Source: Candidatus Hermodarchaeum yapensis
GTDB lineage: Archaea; Asgardarchaeota; Hermodarchaeia; Hermodarchaeales; Hermodarchaeaceae
DNA length: 12,972 nt
Direction: 5' to 3'
Assembly (NCBI GenBank): GCA_016840405.1
Contig: JAEOSK010000050.1
Location: forward strand, 1 to 12,972
Below are positions 8,521 through 12,972 of the stretch, piece by piece. Both the position numbers and the translations under genes were made by a program. Within the stretch, counting starts at the first letter, position 1; each line of letters opens with the position of its first letter. A model generated the notes under the pieces. It did not search any database. It was not told the origin of the DNA and was given only the letters and a program-made list of their open reading frames with translations.

Positions 8521-9210
8521 TTACTCGGGTTCATCGAAGCCAAGGGCTTTCAAGGCTGCGAGAATTGCCTCCTTGTCATCAACAGAAACGTCGTCGACTT
8601 CTGAACTTGCCTCTGAGACGCTAACGGTTTCTAATCCTGGTTCCTCAACAGGAGCAATGGTTGGGGTCGTTGGTTCAGTTTCTGCCATGATTTCTTCAGC
8701 AGTCTCTGGTGCCACTTCGGGCGTAACGGGCTCTTCGGCAATTTCAGATTCAGTTGCCTCTTCGACTTCGGTAGTGGCTTCTGTTGCTGCAATAGGCATC
8801 TTACGGAATCCCATAAGCTGTTCAGGTTCAAGGGGATGGGTTTCCATGATCTTAGTTACTTTCGTTGCATAGATTTTCATTAGTCCAATGTAATAGCCAA
8901 GGCGAATTTGATCTCTACTTGCTCCAACTAAGAGCGTTTCAGGGGTCCCGCGCATAATTATCGTAAAACCCTTATTACCCCTGAGTATTACTTCGGAGAG
9001 AGTTCCTTGGCTGAGTTGCCGCAGAGTTTCTTCTCCAACATTGACAAGTGTGGCGGTTGCAGCAGAGAAGATGTCGGAATCCACATCACCACTAACCGCA
9101 CATGCCAGACGAATACCCTCCCGGGTAACAACAGCAAGGGCTTCAAGCCCCGTTGATTGTTCGATTCGTCGCATTAAATCCTGTAAATCCTTAAAGGGAG
9201 TCTCAGCCAT
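8521..9210 (-). CDS. Roadblock/LC7 (MglB-like) domain protein with long acidic C-terminal extension
   Basis: GLEALAVVTREGIRLA...FSAATATL...LSEVILRGNKGFTII...LLVGA...LGYY fits the Roadblock pattern. It is followed by about 85 E/T/P/A-rich residues and a terminal amphipathic helix. ATG 9210 is preferred to GTG 9222. Confidence 0.88.
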   Translation of the reverse strand: MAETPFKDLQDLMRRIEQSTGLEALAVVTREGIRLACAVSGDVDSDIFSAATATLVNVGEETLRQLSQGTLSEVILRGNKGFTIIMRGTPETLLVGASRDQIRLGYYIGLMKIYATKVTKIMETHPLEPEQLMGFRKMPIAATEATTEVEEATESEIAEEPVTPEVAPETAEEIMAETEPTTPTIAPVEEPGLETVSVSEASSEVDDVSVDDKEAILAALKALGFDEPE

Positions 9211-9385
9211 CGTCCAATACACTCTCAGAACGTGTCTAGTGTTTTCTTCTCTTCGTTTCCTATATCAAGGTTGCTGTAGCACTCACTTAGTTTTTTGGAA
9301 CTTTGCGAGGGTCGAAAACCGCTATTGAAAAAAGATTACTTTCAGTTTCCTCTACCAGCATAGTGTTTGCTTGAACGTATTGGGG

Positions 9386-9393
9386 TTTATATA
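9386..9393 (+). promoter_or_regulatory. TATA box for the Cdc6/Orc1-like gene
   Basis: TTTATATA lies about 20-35 nt upstream of the candidate starts GTG 9414 and ATG 9429. Confidence 0.6.
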
Positions 9394-9413
9394 GGTTCTA
9401 AGAAAGCCGCAAA

Positions 9414-10526
9414 GTGGGACAATCAACTATGACAGCCTCTGTCGACGCGCTCTTTAATTTGAACTATCTGCCAGCGAGGCTTTTGCATCGGGATCAAGAA
9501 CTAGCCACTCTCTCAAACCTTTTTTTCCAAGAAGACACTTCCACACAAGCACTAAACATACTAGTCCATGGAAGCTTTGGCATTGGACGAACAACACTTC
9601 TCCGATACTTCGGGTTACACGAATTGACAACTTTTTATCGTCCATTTATTCCCTTTCACCATAAACACGCACATGAAATCGTAACTGACACGCTACTTGC
9701 TTTATCCCCTTCTCCAAACATATCAACCTCCATACCTGAACAATGGACTTTAATCAAACGATTAATTCGCAAAGCTGAAACACCTCTGGTGTTTACTCTT
9801 GATGATGTTAACTTCCAAACCACTGAAATTTATGGAAAATTTCTTCAGCTCTGCAAGGAAAATGGCGTTTCTTCGATGGCAACCGCTCCGCGATACTTTC
9901 CGCGCCAACTCAAATCTGAAACATCACGTTATCTTGACGTTTCCCTTGAATTGGAACCCTTTAGTGATCAACAATTACTTGATATTGTCAGACACCGCGT
10001 TGCAGAAATATACACTGAGCCCGTGCCAGCAGAAGTAACACAATTCATGGCGGATTTGATTTGCATGCTAGATTTCCAACGACCTGCGACCGCTGTGGAC
10101 TTGTTACAAAATCTACACCCTTTAATCTCCCAGACCAACGAAATTACTGCTGAGAAAATTCGCAAAGCCTGTCTAGCTTCCAGAACATTGCATTATGATT
10201 TTTGGAGCGGACATCTCTCTAGTTTAACGGAATTAGATGCCACTACTGTTCTTCTGCTTCAGGCTGTGGGACAATACTTCATTAATCATCCTAGACAAAT
10301 TTACGTAACAAAACCAAGTTTATTCAGACAATATCAACAAGTTTCTGAAGGAATTGGACTCCCGCCAACCGCTTCACAATTTTCCCGAGCTCTAAATATG
10401 TTACTCTTTCAAGATCTCCTTCTCCGCTCACGTTACACGTCAGAAAATTACTTTACGCTACTTCCTGCAGAAGGTTACTTAGAGATTGTTGAGCTTCTTC
10501 TTGGAGATTACCAACTAGAACAGTAG
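9414..10526 (+). CDS. Cdc6/Orc1-family AAA+ / winged-helix protein with degenerate ATPase motifs
   Basis: N-terminal LFNLNYLPARLLHRDQEL (Cdc6-like), Walker A GSFGIGRT, Walker B FTLDDV, EPFSDQQLLDIVRHRV (cf. PY..EL.DIL..R), and a C-terminal WH-like LFRQYQQVSEGIG...FSRALNML. Confidence 0.8.
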   Translation: MGQSTMTASVDALFNLNYLPARLLHRDQELATLSNLFFQEDTSTQALNILVHGSFGIGRTTLLRYFGLHELTTFYRPFIPFHHKHAHEIVTDTLLALSPSPNISTSIPEQWTLIKRLIRKAETPLVFTLDDVNFQTTEIYGKFLQLCKENGVSSMATAPRYFPRQLKSETSRYLDVSLELEPFSDQQLLDIVRHRVAEIYTEPVPAEVTQFMADLICMLDFQRPATAVDLLQNLHPLISQTNEITAEKIRKACLASRTLHYDFWSGHLSSLTELDATTVLLLQAVGQYFINHPRQIYVTKPSLFRQYQQVSEGIGLPPTASQFSRALNMLLFQDLLLRSRYTSENYFTLLPAEGYLEIVELLLGDYQLEQ

Positions 10527-10546
10527 ACTCTAATGCAGGAGGGAAT

Positions 10547-11131
10547 TTACACACCTGTTTGTTGAGTAACTATTACACGGGCAAGAAGCCGTGCTATTCG
10601 AATCGGTTCTGGCACTCCTCCAAAACGGGTTAAACGTTTTATGACTCCCTTAACAGTATCCCAATCGCAGCCAATGAATTGAACAAAAACAGTAGACTTG
10701 GTATTCAATGTTAAGGGTTGAATAGGTCCATTTCGGCAGGCTATCTCCCATCGTGTTTTCCAATCCGAAGGGAATGTGGATTCAAGGTGAGTCTGTAAAT
10801 CCTCATGTGGTTCCTTTGTGATGCTAATTACTGGGAGTTTGGTCTTTTGGTGTATCCTCGGCAGATCAACGATATTGTATCCTGCAATTACACTACCATG
10901 TAGTAGAATGCCATTTAGATCATCTCTACTCAAATGGCGAACCATCGCAATTATGGCATCTGATGCATCCATTCCGCGAACGGTTGTCTCTCCATAGATC
11001 ATTCCATCAATAATCAAATCAGCTCGCATCACCACTCCGCCAAGGATAGATTGCTTTGCTCCAGATACCCCGCTTTCGGCTATCCCCAAAAATCGGGCTG
11101 CTGGTTTTTGGGGTGAAGATTTCGTGGTCAA
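10547..11131 (-). CDS. DUF99 family protein (endonuclease V-like / endonuclease dU fold)
   Basis: LGIAES, GVVMRADLIIDG, TVRGMDASDAI, IAGYNIVD, LPVISI, VPEPIRIARLLA. Confidence 0.88.
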   Translation of the reverse strand: MTTKSSPQKPAARFLGIAESGVSGAKQSILGGVVMRADLIIDGMIYGETTVRGMDASDAIIAMVRHLSRDDLNGILLHGSVIAGYNIVDLPRIHQKTKLPVISITKEPHEDLQTHLESTFPSDWKTRWEIACRNGPIQPLTLNTKSTVFVQFIGCDWDTVKGVIKRLTRFGGVPEPIRIARLLARVIVTQQTGV

Positions 11132-11162
11132 AGATGAACGCCACTCTAAAATGACGTCTTAT

Positions 11163-11190
11163 CTAAGAAAAAGGAATGGGTGGAAGAGAA
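11163..11190 (-). terminator. Pyrimidine/T-rich terminator candidate after tes
   Basis: The minus strand reads TTCTCTTCCACCCATTCCTTTTTTCTTAG just after the tes stop codon. Confidence 0.35.
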
Positions 11191-11193
11191 GTA

Positions 11194-12741
11194 CTAAGCT
11201 TGAGCATTCATCTTTTTACCCGGATGCTCTGCCTGCCATTCTTCCACCGAAATAGCAAATTGTTTTTCAATTTTTTCGCGATGCAAAGAATTATTCGCAC
11301 AGAACGGTACAATCCGTCCATCTGGAATCGCGTAATGAATCCCACAGCGTTCAACACGTTCAAGGTCAAAATTGTACGGATCCATGAAGTGCATCGATCC
11401 AACCATGATGATGCGTTTCATAAATTCTGCCAGTGAGTCATAGTCCTTCTTTCGCAGTAAATCATTTGCTAAGCGGAATAACAGTCCTTTCTTCTTGAAG
11501 AATCGCATGGCACCCATGACTCCACGCATAGTTCCACGCCACCTCTTCCCTCTTTCATAGTCCCGAGCCATTTTCTCAAGGGTTCCAAGGAATTTTTCAA
11601 CCTCAACGTAATTTGTGATTGGTGACCAAGAACCATCATCTTCGATGACAATGAACGTTGCCATCCCACAAGCAGGGTGTTCGGAAAATTCTACCATAGG
11701 TGATCCTGCACGAGCACCAAGCGCGCGTGACAATGGCATTACAAATGGAACGGGATACCAGTCACTTTGTTTGATAAGGCCATCGGTTTGTGCTTCAGCA
11801 AGACGTGTTAAATCAGGGATTGTAATGCGCATCTCCGCGCGTTTTTCAGCATCAATACGGCCAGTTATAGCTACCGGCTGGAAATTGATACATCGTACGA
11901 TATCGCTGTTTTCAACAGCAAAACGAATAATATCACCAATCTGCTCGTCGTTTATCCCTCGAACTAAAGTGGGAACTAACACTATACTATGAAGTCCTTC
12001 TTCGCGGCATCGTTCTAGGGCTTTCAGTTTTTGAGATAGCAAGTTTACGCCACGAGCTGCAAGGTATGGTTCTTTTGTTACGCCATCAAACTGCATGTAG
12101 ACGGTACTCAAACCCGCTTCAACCAGTTTCTTCGGATATCCCTTTTGGGCTAGTAATAGACCATTAGTGGCAATCTCAACGTGGGGGAAACCCACATCTT
12201 TAGCCATTTTAATAATTTCAGGAAGATCTGCGCGCATCGTTGGTTCGCCTCCAGCAAATTGGACTGCTGGTGTAGGCACCGGTTCATTAGCGCGTAGGTT
12301 TTCTAACATCGATCGGATTTCTTCTAAGCTTGGTTCTACCACATAACCTGCTTTACCTGCATGCGCAAAACAGATTGGGCATTCAAGGTTGCAGCGATTG
12401 GTGACATCGATGAGGGCTAAGTTAGTGTGGGTTTTATGATTTGGACAGAGACCACAGTCATTGGGGCATTGGTTGACAGTTTCAGTACGTGGGTTTTCAA
12501 GCCCAATGCCTTTGTAAGCAAATTTGAAGGCACGATTGAACTCGGACGCACTGGACCAATATGTGTCCTTGTATTCGCCATGTTCTTTGCATTCTTTTTT
12601 CATCATGACTTTACCGCCTTCTTCGTAGACGGTGGCCTCAATGACGCAGAAGCATTCAGGGCAAATGGACTTGGTGGTATAGGGTAATTCTTTAGGGGGC
12701 ATTTTTTCCATTGTATTTAGTCGCTCCTTTGTGGTTACCAC
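11194..12741 (-). CDS. tes: Tetraether lipid synthase (Tes / GDGT-MAS), radical SAM enzyme
   Basis: Rubredoxin-like CPEC...CKEHG, N-terminal auxiliary CPNDCGLCPNH, radical SAM CNLECPIC, GGEPT, HPACG, MHFMDPYNFD and CGIHY...PFC. The true start may be ATG 12711 (SD AAGGAG at 12724-12729). Confidence 0.9.
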   Translation of the reverse strand: MVTTKERLNTMEKMPPKELPYTTKSICPECFCVIEATVYEEGGKVMMKKECKEHGEYKDTYWSSASEFNRAFKFAYKGIGLENPRTETVNQCPNDCGLCPNHKTHTNLALIDVTNRCNLECPICFAHAGKAGYVVEPSLEEIRSMLENLRANEPVPTPAVQFAGGEPTMRADLPEIIKMAKDVGFPHVEIATNGLLLAQKGYPKKLVEAGLSTVYMQFDGVTKEPYLAARGVNLLSQKLKALERCREEGLHSIVLVPTLVRGINDEQIGDIIRFAVENSDIVRCINFQPVAITGRIDAEKRAEMRITIPDLTRLAEAQTDGLIKQSDWYPVPFVMPLSRALGARAGSPMVEFSEHPACGMATFIVIEDDGSWSPITNYVEVEKFLGTLEKMARDYERGKRWRGTMRGVMGAMRFFKKKGLLFRLANDLLRKKDYDSLAEFMKRIIMVGSMHFMDPYNFDLERVERCGIHYAIPDGRIVPFCANNSLHREKIEKQFAISVEEWQAEHPGKKMNAQA

Positions 12742-12841
12742 TCACAAGTGGTGATTTTGTAATGTTTCGGTCAGGAGTTTCTTAAAAGGGTTTTCCGAAA
12801 TCTCCGAGTAGGAAAAAGCTAGTTTATGTGAGGAGAAAGCG

Positions 12842-12872
12842 TTTTAATAATATCCTGATATATGTCAGGGTA
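12842..12872 (+). promoter_or_regulatory. TATA box plus 22-bp imperfect palindrome (candidate operator)
   Basis: TTTTAATA (12842-12849) is followed by TATCCTGATAT|ATGTCAGGGTA (12851-12872), with 9 of 11 positions symmetric, ending at the ATG. Confidence 0.65.
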
Positions 12873-12972
12873 TGTCCCGGGTAATACGCTTGCATTTGGT
12901 GTCAGTCAAACTCCCCAAGGCCTATGTCAAAGGGCTCGATACGCTGGTTGATCGAGGAACCTATCCAACGCG
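12872..12972 (+). CDS. Ribbon-helix-helix (CopG/CdrS-like) transcription regulator, partial
   Basis: Manual translation: MSRVIRLHLVSVKLPKAYVKGLDTLVDRGTYPTR..., matching the archaeal RHH pattern (V/I)(S/T)VKLP..Y...LD.LV..G.YP.R(SE.IR). Truncated by the window end; not in the ORF track. Confidence 0.85.
   Translation, partial: MSRVIRLHLVSVKLPKAYVKGLDTLVDRGTYPT

Noticed and set aside
8573-9328. Ser/Val-rich plus-strand ORFs (8573-8872, 9041-9328)
   Set aside because: Antisense read-out of the Roadblock gene and its low-complexity tail.
9211-9413. Canonical replication origin next to cdc6
   Set aside because: No full ORB consensus or clear DUE, and the adjacent Cdc6 is degenerate. Retained only as a low-interest repeat observation.
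11176-12687. Several short ORFs overlapping tes
   Set aside because: Shadow or alternative-frame ORFs within a well-supported gene.
1-12972. CBASS/Bil-type defence system, CRISPR array, tRNA/rRNA or mobile element
   Set aside because: The JAMM gene has no neighbouring E1/E2, Ubl or cyclase. No repeat-spacer array, cloverleaf, transposase or integrase was seen by eye.

Overview
Gene-dense archaeal chromosomal window, most consistent with an Asgard archaeon (inferred from the archaeal-type SAM synthetase, Roadblock/LC7 protein, Rpn11-like JAMM and degenerate Cdc6/Orc1). In order it holds: a SEC11-type signal peptidase I (partial, missed by the ORF track), a conserved hypothetical protein, a small two-helix membrane protein, archaeal SAM synthetase, two tandem hypothetical genes, an ASH-Ski2/DUF5814 helicase, a JAMM/MPN+ protease with a C-terminal membrane anchor, a Roadblock/LC7 protein with a long acidic tail, a degenerate Cdc6/Orc1 paralogue, a DUF99 nuclease-family protein, tetraether lipid synthase (Tes), and the 5' part of a ribbon-helix-helix regulator with a palindromic operator. 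I saw no RNA genes, CRISPR arrays or mobile elements. The most interesting stretch is 7737-10526, which has three adjacent eukaryote-like proteins with unusual architectures. All family calls come from motif recognition by eye, not from database searches.
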